Positions 8,527 through 17,068 of a stretch of DNA of 64,000 nucleotides are shown piece by piece; within the stretch, counting starts at the first letter, position 1; the number at the start of each line of letters is the position of its first letter. This stretch comes from Syntrophaceae bacterium (GTDB lineage Bacteria > Desulfobacterota > Syntrophia > Syntrophales > Smithellaceae). The notes under the pieces are model-generated. The model saw nothing but the letters and a program-made list of their open reading frames with translations. It made no database searches and was not told the DNA's origin. Location: contig JAHDKI010000012.1 of assembly GCA_018436925.1 (NCBI GenBank), positions 4,324-68,323 of the forward strand. The letters run 5' to 3'. Made by a program: the position numbers and the translations under genes.

Positions 8527-8624
8527 TTTAGCGTCAACTGAACCGTGGCGAACTGCAAACCGCGGGTTTGGAGGGCAAAGCCCGAAACCCGGCGCATGCC
8601 GGGCGAATCCCGCTCTCTCCGCCA
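8527..8624 (+). pseudogene. tRNA-Ser(GCT) 3'-half copy with 35-nt T-loop insert
   Basis: Follows the CCA directly. Order is tagcg.., diverged variable region, ccgcgggtt, the same 35-nt insert (8569-8603), then cgaatcccgctctctccgcca, which is identical to the GCT tRNA 3' end. Confidence 0.8.
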
Positions 8625-8668
8625 TTTGAAACACTCTAAACTTATCCCATCCCAAACAACGCCGCCCG

Positions 8669-10420
8669 ATGACCGATTTTTCTGAAAACTTTGTTTTGCT
8701 TGAAACGCTGCGGCGCGATCGCGGAAAAAAAAGAACCCTTTTCTTTGCCGATCCCCTCGACATCATCGAGTGCCGATGCCCGTCCCAGGTCAGCCGATGT
8801 TTCCGGAAAATGGAAACCGCGCGCCGAGACGGCTTCCACCTGGCCGGATTTTTTTCTTATGAATTGGGCTACCTTCTGGAAGAAAGCCTGGCTGCGCTTT
8901 TGCCCCCCGGCGACTTTCCGCTTTTTTGGTTCGGCGTCTACGACAAACCGCAAAGCGCCTCATGCGCACCCAGAGGGGCGGATTTTTATCTTTCCGAGCC
9001 TGCACTCGTTCAGACCCGCGCAAAATACAGCCGGGCCGTGGGCAAAATCAGGGATTTGATCGCAGCCGGCGATACCTACCAGATCAACTACACCACCCGG
9101 GTTCAGTTTCAGTTCGCAGGCGATGTCGCGGCATTCTACGACCGGCTTAAAAAAAACCAGAAAGTATCCTATTCGGCGCTGGTGCGATATTGCGGCAACG
9201 CTCTCGTCTCGCTGTCGCCGGAACTGTTCTTCCGGACCGATCGAAACGGCCGCATCACCGTCAAACCCATGAAGGGAACGGCGCCTTTGCACACACCGGC
9301 CGACTGGCTGAAGAAAGACCCCAAAAACACCAGCGAAAATGTCATGATCGTCGATCTGCTGCGCAATGACCTGGGCAGAATCTGCCTGCCCGGTTCGGTG
9401 CAAGTCCGCAAGCTGTTCGACATCGAAAACTACGAAACCCTCCGCCAGATGACTTCCACCGTGACCGGCAAACTTCACCCCGGCCTGACCATCGAAACCC
9501 TGGTGAAAAGCCTTTTCCCCTGCGGCTCGGTGACGGGAGCGCCCAAAATCCGCAGCATGGGAATCATTCATGACCTGGAAGACGCCCCGCGCCGCATCTA
9601 TACCGGCGCCATCGGCTATTTCGCCCCGAGCGGCGAAGCGGTTTTCAACGTCGCCATCCGGACGCTTGATCTGCGGCGGAAAGAATCCGGACGGTATGAT
9701 GCGACGATGGGTGTCGGAAGCGGAATCGTCTTCGATTCCCGGGCGGATGAGGAGTATGACGAGTGTCTGCTTAAGGCGAGGTTTCTCCAAAACGCCATGC
9801 CGTCCTTCGGGCTTATCGAAACGCTGCGGGTTGAAACGGGGCGCGTTCGTAGGCTTTCGGATCATCTGCGCCGTCTTCGGGCCTCCGCCGACTTTTTCGG
9901 CATTCCCTGCCCGGCGGGCGCGATCAGAAATGCGATCCGGCTTTATAGCGCGACACTTCCGGACATTGCGAAGCTTCGCCTGATTCTGTCCGCCGACGGA
10001 ACCTTCAGGCTCGAATCAGGCCGCCTGCCGGAGACCCCGTCGGACATTCCAACGATCGCCTTGTCCTCTGTCCGGATGTCGTCTGCCGATCCGTTTATCC
10101 GCCATAAAACGACTTTCCGCAAGGCGTACGACGACGAGTTCGCTAAATACTCGGCGAAAGGGTTTTTCGACGTCATTTTTTTAAACGAAAAAGGACAGGT
10201 CACCGAAGGGGCGATTTCCAACCTCTTTGTCCGGATTCGCGGGCGCTGGTATACGCCGCCGGTTTCCTGCGGCTTGTTGCCGGGGATTCAGCGGCGGACC
10301 CTGATGAAAAAATGGTCTGTCCGGGAAAGAATTTTGTCCCCGGACGACCTTCGCCTTGCCGATCAAATCGTGCTGTCCAACGCGGTCCGGGGCATAACCG
10401 AAGTAAGATTGAGAGGATGA
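8669..10420 (+). CDS. pabB: bifunctional chorismate-binding enzyme (aminodeoxychorismate synthase component I-like) / class IV aminotransferase (ADC lyase-like)
   Basis: The N-terminal two-thirds carries chorismate-utilising motifs (SPELFF, PMKGT, GSVTGAPK, GVGSGIV). The C-terminal ~200 aa look like the PabC/class IV fold (HKTT..Y, EGAISNLF). Confidence 0.8.
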   Translation: MTDFSENFVLLETLRRDRGKKRTLFFADPLDIIECRCPSQVSRCFRKMETARRDGFHLAGFFSYELGYLLEESLAALLPPGDFPLFWFGVYDKPQSASCAPRGADFYLSEPALVQTRAKYSRAVGKIRDLIAAGDTYQINYTTRVQFQFAGDVAAFYDRLKKNQKVSYSALVRYCGNALVSLSPELFFRTDRNGRITVKPMKGTAPLHTPADWLKKDPKNTSENVMIVDLLRNDLGRICLPGSVQVRKLFDIENYETLRQMTSTVTGKLHPGLTIETLVKSLFPCGSVTGAPKIRSMGIIHDLEDAPRRIYTGAIGYFAPSGEAVFNVAIRTLDLRRKESGRYDATMGVGSGIVFDSRADEEYDECLLKARFLQNAMPSFGLIETLRVETGRVRRLSDHLRRLRASADFFGIPCPAGAIRNAIRLYSATLPDIAKLRLILSADGTFRLESGRLPETPSDIPTIALSSVRMSSADPFIRHKTTFRKAYDDEFAKYSAKGFFDVIFLNEKGQVTEGAISNLFVRIRGRWYTPPVSCGLLPGIQRRTLMKKWSVRERILSPDDLRLADQIVLSNAVRGITEVRLRG

Positions 10421-10489
10421 TCTTTTTATTTTGCATCGGCCCGATAATATGCTATAGGGCTCCTTCGTTCATTCCAGGAGATTTTTCAT

Positions 10490-10566
10490 GCGCCTGTAGC
10501 TCAGCTGGATAGAGCATCAGACTACGAATCTGGGGGCCGTAGGTTCGAATCCTACCAGGCGCGCCA
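10490..10566 (+). tRNA. tRNA-Arg (anticodon ACG)
   Basis: Hand-folded cloverleaf with acceptor gcgcctg/caggcgc, D arm gctc-agctggata-gagc, anticodon loop ctacgaa, T arm gtagg-ttcgaat-cctac and CCA. Confidence 0.9.
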
Positions 10567-10575
10567 TCCGGTTTA

Positions 10576-10608
10576 AAAGCCGGCTTTGAAAAAAAAGCCG
10601 GCTTTTTT
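10576..10608 (+). terminator. rho-independent terminator after tRNA-Arg
   Basis: aaagccggcttt - gaaaaa - aaagccggcttt stem followed by a T6 run. Confidence 0.7.
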
Positions 10609-10633
10609 CATTTTTCAGCCTCTTGAAATTCCC

Positions 10634-10675
10634 TTGACTTCATCGACCGGTTTATTTATTTTGCATACTAAATAA
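10634..10675 (+). promoter_or_regulatory. candidate sigma70 promoter with overlapping palindromic operator upstream of the MarR gene
   Basis: TTGACT (10634-10639), 17-nt spacer, TATTTT (10657-10662). A perfect 7-bp inverted repeat TTATTTA-N10-TAAATAA (10652-10675) overlaps the -10 element. Confidence 0.4.
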
Positions 10676-10693
10676 TCAGGTCGGGAAGGATCC

Positions 10694-11122
10694 ATGCGAA
10701 GTTACCAGGACGTGATTTTATTCATCCTCAGCAAAGCCTACCAGAAAGTTTACGCCACTTTCAAAGCCAAGACGCAACTTTACGGAATGACGCCGATACA
10801 GGCGCTAGTGTTGCACGCCCTGTATGAAGAGGAAGGGCTTTCCGCCGGAGAACTCGGCAAAAGGCTGGTTTTGGACGGCGCGACCTTGTCCGGCGTTTTA
10901 GACCGGATGGCCGACGGCGGATGGATTACAAAAAATGCAGCCAAAGACGATCGTCGCGTTTTAAACATTCAACTGACGGAAAAATCCCGTCTTTACCGGG
11001 ATACGTTTCTCAAAGATACTGAAAAACTGCATTCGGACGTGCTGTCTTCTCTTTCGGCAGAGGAAAAACGATTGCTCATCCGCATGCTCAAGGATCTGCG
11101 CAAGGAATCCGACGCCGGATGA
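10694..11122 (+). CDS. MarR family transcriptional regulator
   Basis: 142-aa winged-helix pattern (LTPIQALVLHALYEEEGLSAGELGKRL..DRR). ATGA overlap with the next gene. Confidence 0.85.
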   Translation: MRSYQDVILFILSKAYQKVYATFKAKTQLYGMTPIQALVLHALYEEEGLSAGELGKRLVLDGATLSGVLDRMADGGWITKNAAKDDRRVLNIQLTEKSRLYRDTFLKDTEKLHSDVLSSLSAEEKRLLIRMLKDLRKESDAG

Positions 11123-12648
11123 CAGATTCAGATAGGGAGGCCCCGATAATGCCAGAGACTCGCTCATCAAACGCCCGAAAACCAAAGCGGCGCCGGGCCG
11201 CCGCGGATTATGAACGCATCTTTCATCCCAGAGCCATCGCCATTTTAGGTGTTTCCACCGAAGACGGCTTCGGCTTCGGAGCGGGAATGTTTCGGGCCAT
11301 TTCAGCAATGGGATTTGAAGGCGGGATTTACCCCGTCAATCCCCGGGGTGGCGCCTTCGACGGCCGGGAGATCTATCGCAGCGTGGAAGAGCTTCCCGAT
11401 CCGGTGGACTTTGCCGTCATCGCCGTCGCTGCGCGTCATGTACCGGCGGCGCTTGAGGCCTGCCTGAAAAAGGGCATCGCCGGCGCGGAGATTCTGTCGT
11501 CGGGCTTCAGCGAGCTGGGCACCGACGAAGGACGGCGCCTGGAAAACGAAATTTCGCGCATTGCCGACAGGGGCATTTGTGTGGTGGGCCCCAATTGCTT
11601 CGGCATTTATTGTCCGAAAAGCGGTTTGACGCTGCTTCCGGGGCCGGATCTGTCCCGGGAAACCGGCCCGGTGGGCTTTGTGGCCCAAAGCGGCGGGATT
11701 TCCATTGATTTTGCGCATGCCGGAAAATGGATGGGCGTCAAATTCAGCAAGATGGTGAGCTTCGGCAACGGCGCCGATCTGCGCGAGGCGGAACTGCTTC
11801 ATTATTTCGCCGACGATCCGGAAACACAAGTCGTCTCGCTTTATATTGAAGGCATCAAAGACGGCGACGCATTTTTTCGCGAACTGGCGAAAACGGCTGC
11901 CAAAAAACCCGTCATTGTGCTCAAAGGCGGCCTGTCCCGGGCCGGAGCGCGATCCGTGGCCAGCCACACCGCGTCGATGGGCGGCAGTCGTGAAATCTGG
12001 TCGTCCATTTTGAAACAGGCCCGCGCCGTCGAAGTGCATGACACCGAAGAACTGGCTCAGACGACGCTTGCCTTCGCCGGGCTTCCGGGCAGAGCTTTTC
12101 GGAATATCTCCATCGTCGGCGGAGGCGGCGCGATCGGCGTGACGGCCTGCGACACGGCCGAATCCTACGGCATCGAGATTCCGCCTTTGTCGGCCGACCT
12201 GCGGACGCGCATTGAAGGGATGCTGCCCCGGCCGGGCTCCAGCGCGACGAATCCCATTGATGTGGCCAATCCGTTCGTCGCGCCGGCAATCCTCAAAGAG
12301 GTCTTGCTGGCCGCCGCAGCGGATCCGCAGATCGATTTGCAGATTCTCGTGTCGCTTTTGTTTCATTATAAAACCATCGCCCGCTTCATGGGCCGGCCCA
12401 TCGCCGAGGTCACGCCTTTTCGCGAACTTGCAACGGCCGTCCGGGATGTTGTAGAACAAACCGGCAAACCGGTCGTGGCCGTTTTGTCCAGCGCCAGGAG
12501 AGATGCCGACAGCCTCGACGTTATTGAGATGACGGCTCTGGCCAGACAGGAATATCTCCGGTGCGGCATTCCCGTTTTTGATGAATTGCACGACGCTCTC
12601 CGCGCCGTTTCGCACATGAATGATTATTATGAAGGGAGAATAAAATGA
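11119..12648 (+). CDS. ADP-forming acyl/acetyl-CoA synthetase, alpha-like subunit (CoA-binding + ligase-CoA domains)
   Basis: Shows a CoA-binding N-terminus (IAILGVS...YPVNP), a succinyl-CoA-synthetase-like flavodoxin domain and an SHTASMGG phosphohistidine-type segment. The start may be Met11 (11149). Confidence 0.8.
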   Translation: MTDSDREAPIMPETRSSNARKPKRRRAAADYERIFHPRAIAILGVSTEDGFGFGAGMFRAISAMGFEGGIYPVNPRGGAFDGREIYRSVEELPDPVDFAVIAVAARHVPAALEACLKKGIAGAEILSSGFSELGTDEGRRLENEISRIADRGICVVGPNCFGIYCPKSGLTLLPGPDLSRETGPVGFVAQSGGISIDFAHAGKWMGVKFSKMVSFGNGADLREAELLHYFADDPETQVVSLYIEGIKDGDAFFRELAKTAAKKPVIVLKGGLSRAGARSVASHTASMGGSREIWSSILKQARAVEVHDTEELAQTTLAFAGLPGRAFRNISIVGGGGAIGVTACDTAESYGIEIPPLSADLRTRIEGMLPRPGSSATNPIDVANPFVAPAILKEVLLAAAADPQIDLQILVSLLFHYKTIARFMGRPIAEVTPFRELATAVRDVVEQTGKPVVAVLSSARRDADSLDVIEMTALARQEYLRCGIPVFDELHDALRAVSHMNDYYEGRIK

Positions 12649-13334
12649 AAAAGGACAAAGCCGTAAAAATTATACAGGCCGCCCTGCGCAAAGGGCGCAA
12701 GACCCTCTCCGAGTATGAAGCCAAGCAGGTGCTGGCCGCCTACGACATTCCCGTCAGCCGGGAAGTGCTCGTCAAAGACAAAGCCCGGCTTGACGCGGCG
12801 CTCGGAAAAATCGGATTCCCGCTGGTCATGAAAGGCTGTTCGGCGGACATCGCCCACAAGACGGAAAAAGGGCTGATCCACGTCGATATCCGCACCGTCA
12901 CCGAAGCCAGAAAAGCCTTCCGCGACATTATGGCCGGCCTTGAGGGATTTGACGGCGGCGCACTGATTCAGGAAATGATTAAAGGCCGCCGCGAGCTGGT
13001 CATGGGCCTCACGCGCGATCCGCAGTTCGGCCCCTGCGTGATGTTCGGTCTGGGCGGCATCTTTACGGAAATTCTGCGCGATGTTTCTTTCCGCCGCGCC
13101 CCGCTGACTCTGCGCGACGCCCGGGAAATGATGCAGGACATCAAAGGCCGAAAAATTCTCGACGCCGTCCGGGGCATGGAGGCGGCGGATGCCGACACGC
13201 TTGCCCAAATGCTTATAAACCTCGGACAGATCGGGCTGGATTTCGACAGCGTCATGGAAATCGACCTCAACCCGGTGATTCTCTCCGGCGCCAAACCGGT
13301 GGTGGTCGATGCGCTGATGGTGGTGGCCGGATAG
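12645..13334 (+). CDS. ADP-forming acyl-CoA synthetase, ATP-grasp (beta-like) subunit
   Basis: 229-aa ATP-grasp_5-type sequence (LSEYEAKQVLAAYDIPV...VMKGCS..HKTEKGL). Translationally coupled (ATGA) to the alpha-like subunit. Confidence 0.8.
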   Translation: MKKDKAVKIIQAALRKGRKTLSEYEAKQVLAAYDIPVSREVLVKDKARLDAALGKIGFPLVMKGCSADIAHKTEKGLIHVDIRTVTEARKAFRDIMAGLEGFDGGALIQEMIKGRRELVMGLTRDPQFGPCVMFGLGGIFTEILRDVSFRRAPLTLRDAREMMQDIKGRKILDAVRGMEAADADTLAQMLINLGQIGLDFDSVMEIDLNPVILSGAKPVVVDALMVVAG

Positions 13335-13361
13335 ATTGCCGGTTGTCCCTAGGCGAAGCGG

Positions 13362-14393
13362 TCAGACGTTGAAACGGAAGGTGATGATGTCGCCGTCGGC
13401 CACGACGTATTCTTTGCCTTCCAGGCGCAGACGGCCGGCGGCTTTGACCTGCGCCTGCGACCCGCCATGGGCGGTGAAATCGTCATAGGACATCACTTCG
13501 GCCTTGATGAAGCCGCGCTCAAAATCGTTGTGAATCGCGCCTGCGGCCTTGGGCGCCTTGGTGCCCGTGGGAATGACCCAGGCTTTCACTTCATCTTCGC
13601 CGACCGTGAAAAAGGACATCCGCCCCAGAAGCGAAAACGCCGCGCGGATGATCCGCCCGAAAGCGGGCTCGGCAATGCCCATAGAGGAAAGAAATTCCTT
13701 CTGCTCGGCGGGTTCAAGCCCGGCAAGCTCGGCTTCGATTTTGCAGCAGATGCCCATGACGGGATCGTTTAGCTTTGCTTCGGACGCAAACGCATCGGCA
13801 AACGCCGGATTATCCTCCGCAACATTGATCACCACCAGCTCCGGCTTGATCGTCCAGAAGGAAAAACTCCGCAGCGTAAAAATGTCCGAAGCCGAAAGCC
13901 CGGCCCGGCGCAGGGGATCGCCGGCCTCCAGGCAGTCTTTCAGACGCGGCAGAAGGTCGTTTTGCGCCGCCTCCTGCGCGGAAATCGCTTTTTTGGACAT
14001 CTTGGACAGACGTTCGAGTTTCTTTTCAATGATGAGCAGGTCGGATAAAACCAATTCATCTTCAAGCTTCCGGTAGGCATCCAAAGCCAGCGGAATGTCG
14101 GGCAGGGAAAACCCGTCAATCACATGCAGAAGCCCGTCGGTTCCGCTCAAGTTCTGGCGGATGGCGTCCCAGGGGTGCTCGCCCACGGCGTGAACGTCGA
14201 CAAACGGCACCTTGGCGGGAGAGACTTTCGCCGGTTTGTAGATTTCAACCAGTTTATCGAAGCGGTCATCCGGAACAGAGGCCTGCCCCCGCACCACGGT
14301 TTCCGCATGCGAAAGCCCGCCTTTGACCCCGGTCATGATTTCAAACAGCGTGCTCTTCCCGCTCGCGGGAAGACCGATAATGCCCATTTCCAT
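13362..14393 (-). CDS. ychF: redox-regulated ATPase YchF-like (Obg-family P-loop protein with TGS-like C-terminus)
   Basis: P-loop GLPASGKSTLF and a C-terminal DFERGFIKAEV...GDIITFRFNV typical of YchF. Somewhat shorter than canonical YchF. Confidence 0.8.
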   Translation of the reverse strand: MEMGIIGLPASGKSTLFEIMTGVKGGLSHAETVVRGQASVPDDRFDKLVEIYKPAKVSPAKVPFVDVHAVGEHPWDAIRQNLSGTDGLLHVIDGFSLPDIPLALDAYRKLEDELVLSDLLIIEKKLERLSKMSKKAISAQEAAQNDLLPRLKDCLEAGDPLRRAGLSASDIFTLRSFSFWTIKPELVVINVAEDNPAFADAFASEAKLNDPVMGICCKIEAELAGLEPAEQKEFLSSMGIAEPAFGRIIRAAFSLLGRMSFFTVGEDEVKAWVIPTGTKAPKAAGAIHNDFERGFIKAEVMSYDDFTAHGGSQAQVKAAGRLRLEGKEYVVADGDIITFRFNV

Positions 14394-15560
14394 TTACTTA
14401 AACTCTTTCTCGATTCTTGCCATCGCCTCTTTCAGACGGTCATCCGGCACGGTCAGAGAGATGCGCACGAAGCCTTCGCCGTATTGGCCGTAGGCGGTTC
14501 CCGCGGCGACAACCACGGCGGTCTTGTCGAAAAGCCGGTTGGTGAAGTCCAGCGACGTCATGCCTTTGGGCGCCGGCACCCACAGATAAAAGGTGCCCTT
14601 CGGCGGATCGAAGTCTATGCCGATTTTCTTAAGCGTCGCTAAAACCAATTCGCGGCGGCGGCCGTAAACGGACAGCATCTCATCGATAAACCCCGCCTGG
14701 CCCGCGAGCGCCGCAATGCCCGCATACTGCACGGCGTTAAAGATGCCCGAATCGGTGTTTTCTTTGACCTTGCTGATCGCCGCGATGAGATCCGGATTTC
14801 CGCAGGCCATGCCCAGACGCCAGCCGCACATGTTAAAGGGCTTGGACAGCGAATTGAGCTCGATGCCGACTTCTTTGGCGCCTTCGGCCTGAAGAAAACT
14901 GATGCGTTCCTGGCCGGAAAAGACGATCTCCGCGTAAGGATTGTCGTAGCAGATCGCGATGTCATAGACGCGGGCGAAATCAACCAGTTTGTTTAAGAAC
15001 TCGGGCGTGGCGCAGGCACCGGTCGGATTGTTCGGATAATTCAAAAACATGGCGGATGCCTTTTTCGCCACCTCGGAGGGGATGTCTTCAAATACCGGCA
15101 AATACTGATTTTCGGGCAAAATGGGCACATTGTAAGGCACGCCCTGGCCGATCAGGATGCTGGAACGGTAGGCGGGATACCCCGGGTCCGTCATCAGCAC
15201 CGTCTCTCCCGGATTGACGCGGGCCAGGACGAAGTGGTGACAGCCTTCCTTCGAGCCGATGAGCCCCAGAATTTCCTTTTCCGGGTCCAGCGACACGCCG
15301 TAGCGGGCGGCGTACCAGCGGGCGACCTCGCGGCGGAACGCCAGCATGCCTTTTTCCTCGTCCGTGGGATAGCGGTGATTGAGGGGATCTTTCGCGGTCC
15401 GGCACAGTTCGTCAATCACCGGCGCGGGCGTCGCCTCAACCGGATCGCCGATCGCCAGCGAAATCACATCCACGCCGTCGGCCTTGGCCTTGTTGATCTT
15501 TTTGCGCAGCTCCATGAAAAGGTAGGGGGGGATCTTCTTGAGTCGTTCGGCCGTCTGCAC
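14394..15560 (-). CDS. class I/II PLP aminotransferase, probable LL-diaminopimelate aminotransferase
   Basis: N-terminus IPPYLFMEL and PLP-lysine segment SLSKPFNMCGWR. Located directly downstream of dapF, which is the basis for the DapL suggestion. Confidence 0.65.
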   Translation of the reverse strand: MQTAERLKKIPPYLFMELRKKINKAKADGVDVISLAIGDPVEATPAPVIDELCRTAKDPLNHRYPTDEEKGMLAFRREVARWYAARYGVSLDPEKEILGLIGSKEGCHHFVLARVNPGETVLMTDPGYPAYRSSILIGQGVPYNVPILPENQYLPVFEDIPSEVAKKASAMFLNYPNNPTGACATPEFLNKLVDFARVYDIAICYDNPYAEIVFSGQERISFLQAEGAKEVGIELNSLSKPFNMCGWRLGMACGNPDLIAAISKVKENTDSGIFNAVQYAGIAALAGQAGFIDEMLSVYGRRRELVLATLKKIGIDFDPPKGTFYLWVPAPKGMTSLDFTNRLFDKTAVVVAAGTAYGQYGEGFVRISLTVPDDRLKEAMARIEKEFK

Positions 15561-15574
15561 GCTTGAAACCTCCT

Positions 15575-16414
15575 TTATTTGTAAGCTTCTTCGAAAAGAA
15601 GTCCCTGATAGACCATTTTCACTTTCCCTTCAAGATAAATTTCCCCGAAGCGGCCGTCGCCTTGGCGCAGAAAGTAGACACGCAGCCTTTCGCCGCTTTG
15701 CACATCGACTTCCACGGGGGAATCCACCAGATCGTGGAATGAGGCGGCCAGCACCGAAGCCACCACGCCGGTGCCGCACGCAAGCGTCTCATCTTCGACG
15801 CCCCGCTCGTAGGTGCGGACTTTCATGGTCTGACGGTCGAGAACCTGGGCGAAATCCGCGTTGGCCCCCTTGGGCTGGAATTCTTCAGCAAAGCGGATCT
15901 GGCGCCCCAGGCCGACCACGTCGCTGTCGGCAACGGAGGTCTCAAACAGCACGGCGTGCGGCACGCCCGTATCGATAAAATCCACCGCCACCATCCGCCT
16001 CTGTGTGGTGATTTTCACGCCCGGCTGCAGCGCAGACGGATCCGTCAGGCGAATTTTCACGCTGTCGTCGCAGACCGAAGCGGCGATCACGCCCGCTTGC
16101 GTCTCGAAAGTAACCGACGGACCGGCAATTCCCTGATCGGCGGCCCAGCGCGCCACGCAGCGCGCGGCATTGCCGCACATCTCGGCTGCGGAGCCGTCGG
16201 CGTTGAAAAACCGCCATTTGAAATCCGCCGTGGCGGACGGCTCGACCAAAAGCAGGCCGTCGGCGCCGACCGATACCTTCCTTTGACAGACGCGCCGGAC
16301 AAACAAAGGCAGATCGACGATCTGAAGCGATAAATCCCGGTTGTCGATAATGATAAAATCGTTGCCGTGGCCGCTCATCTTATAAAAACTGATCAATGTC
16401 GATTTTTCGGTCAT
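15575..16414 (-). CDS. dapF: diaminopimelate epimerase
   Basis: Contains MSGHGNDFIIIDN, a catalytic Cys context (EMCGNAARC, ACGTG) and is 279 aa long. Confidence 0.9.
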   Translation of the reverse strand: MTEKSTLISFYKMSGHGNDFIIIDNRDLSLQIVDLPLFVRRVCQRKVSVGADGLLLVEPSATADFKWRFFNADGSAAEMCGNAARCVARWAADQGIAGPSVTFETQAGVIAASVCDDSVKIRLTDPSALQPGVKITTQRRMVAVDFIDTGVPHAVLFETSVADSDVVGLGRQIRFAEEFQPKGANADFAQVLDRQTMKVRTYERGVEDETLACGTGVVASVLAASFHDLVDSPVEVDVQSGERLRVYFLRQGDGRFGEIYLEGKVKMVYQGLLFEEAYK

Positions 16415-16456
16415 GAAGGATCCCCTTTAAGGCATGTCGGAAAGCCGCCGCAAACG

Positions 16457-17044
16457 CTAAAAATCGGACGGCTTGCAGATGATTTCCCGGATTTTCATAT
16501 CCAGAAGCGAGCTGGCGTTGACCGGACGCAAAACGAGCGCCGTATCGAGGCCGGAGGACGACCCGCCTGCGGCGATGACATCCTCATCCGTTCGCACCGC
16601 GCCCGCGTCCGCCGCCATGAGCGCGGCCTCGACGGCCACTTTCGTTCCCTGTCCGAAAAGGCGCAGCGTGTAGGCGATGATTTCATCGACCTGATAGGTG
16701 CCGAGCTTGCGGCGCACCGCCCGTCCCACGCCGCCTAAGGCGTGCGTTCCCGTGACGATGGCCGCGCCCGCCTCTTCGAGCTTTCGCCGGACGGATTCCT
16801 TCATCCCCTGCGTGTCGGGCTTCTCAAGGCCGAACGCCGTGCGGACGACGACGATCTGCTGCGGGGCAAAAAGCCGCAAAGCCGCCAGCGCGCTTTTCCC
16901 CGTGTAGCTCGGAAGAATGATTTTTTCGACGCCGAGCTGCGAGGCGCGGCGTCTGACCGCCTCGAGCACCGCGGTGGTGTTGGCCTCTCCCGGCTTTTCA
17001 AAATACCGGCAAAGGTGCTCTTCATACCCGTGGTTCTTTTTCAT
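16457..17044 (-). CDS. pyruvate kinase C-terminal (alpha/beta) domain-like protein
   Basis: 195-aa ORF that I recognise only by general resemblance to stand-alone PK_C-domain proteins. No catalytic motif checked. Confidence 0.45.
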   Translation of the reverse strand: MKKNHGYEEHLCRYFEKPGEANTTAVLEAVRRRASQLGVEKIILPSYTGKSALAALRLFAPQQIVVVRTAFGLEKPDTQGMKESVRRKLEEAGAAIVTGTHALGGVGRAVRRKLGTYQVDEIIAYTLRLFGQGTKVAVEAALMAADAGAVRTDEDVIAAGGSSSGLDTALVLRPVNASSLLDMKIREIICKPSDF

Positions 17045-17068
17045 TCCAATTGCCCCTGTGAAAAAAAA

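Noticed and set aside
7727-8624. Simple prophage or genomic-island att-site remnants at the tRNA-Ser genes
   Set aside because: No integrase, excisionase or island cargo lies between or beside the fragments. The half-copies abut the CCA ends directly, and the identical 35-nt insert in copies of two different isoacceptors is not explained by ordinary attL/attR duplication. It is kept as one alternative in the findings, not as the preferred reading.
8069-8766. Minus-strand ORFs (66, 134 and 99 aa) with the recurring peptide FARHAPGFGLCPPNPR
   Set aside because: The recurrence is only the translation of the repeated tRNA 3'-half units and their 35-nt insert. The ORFs run through tRNA genes and have no RBS.
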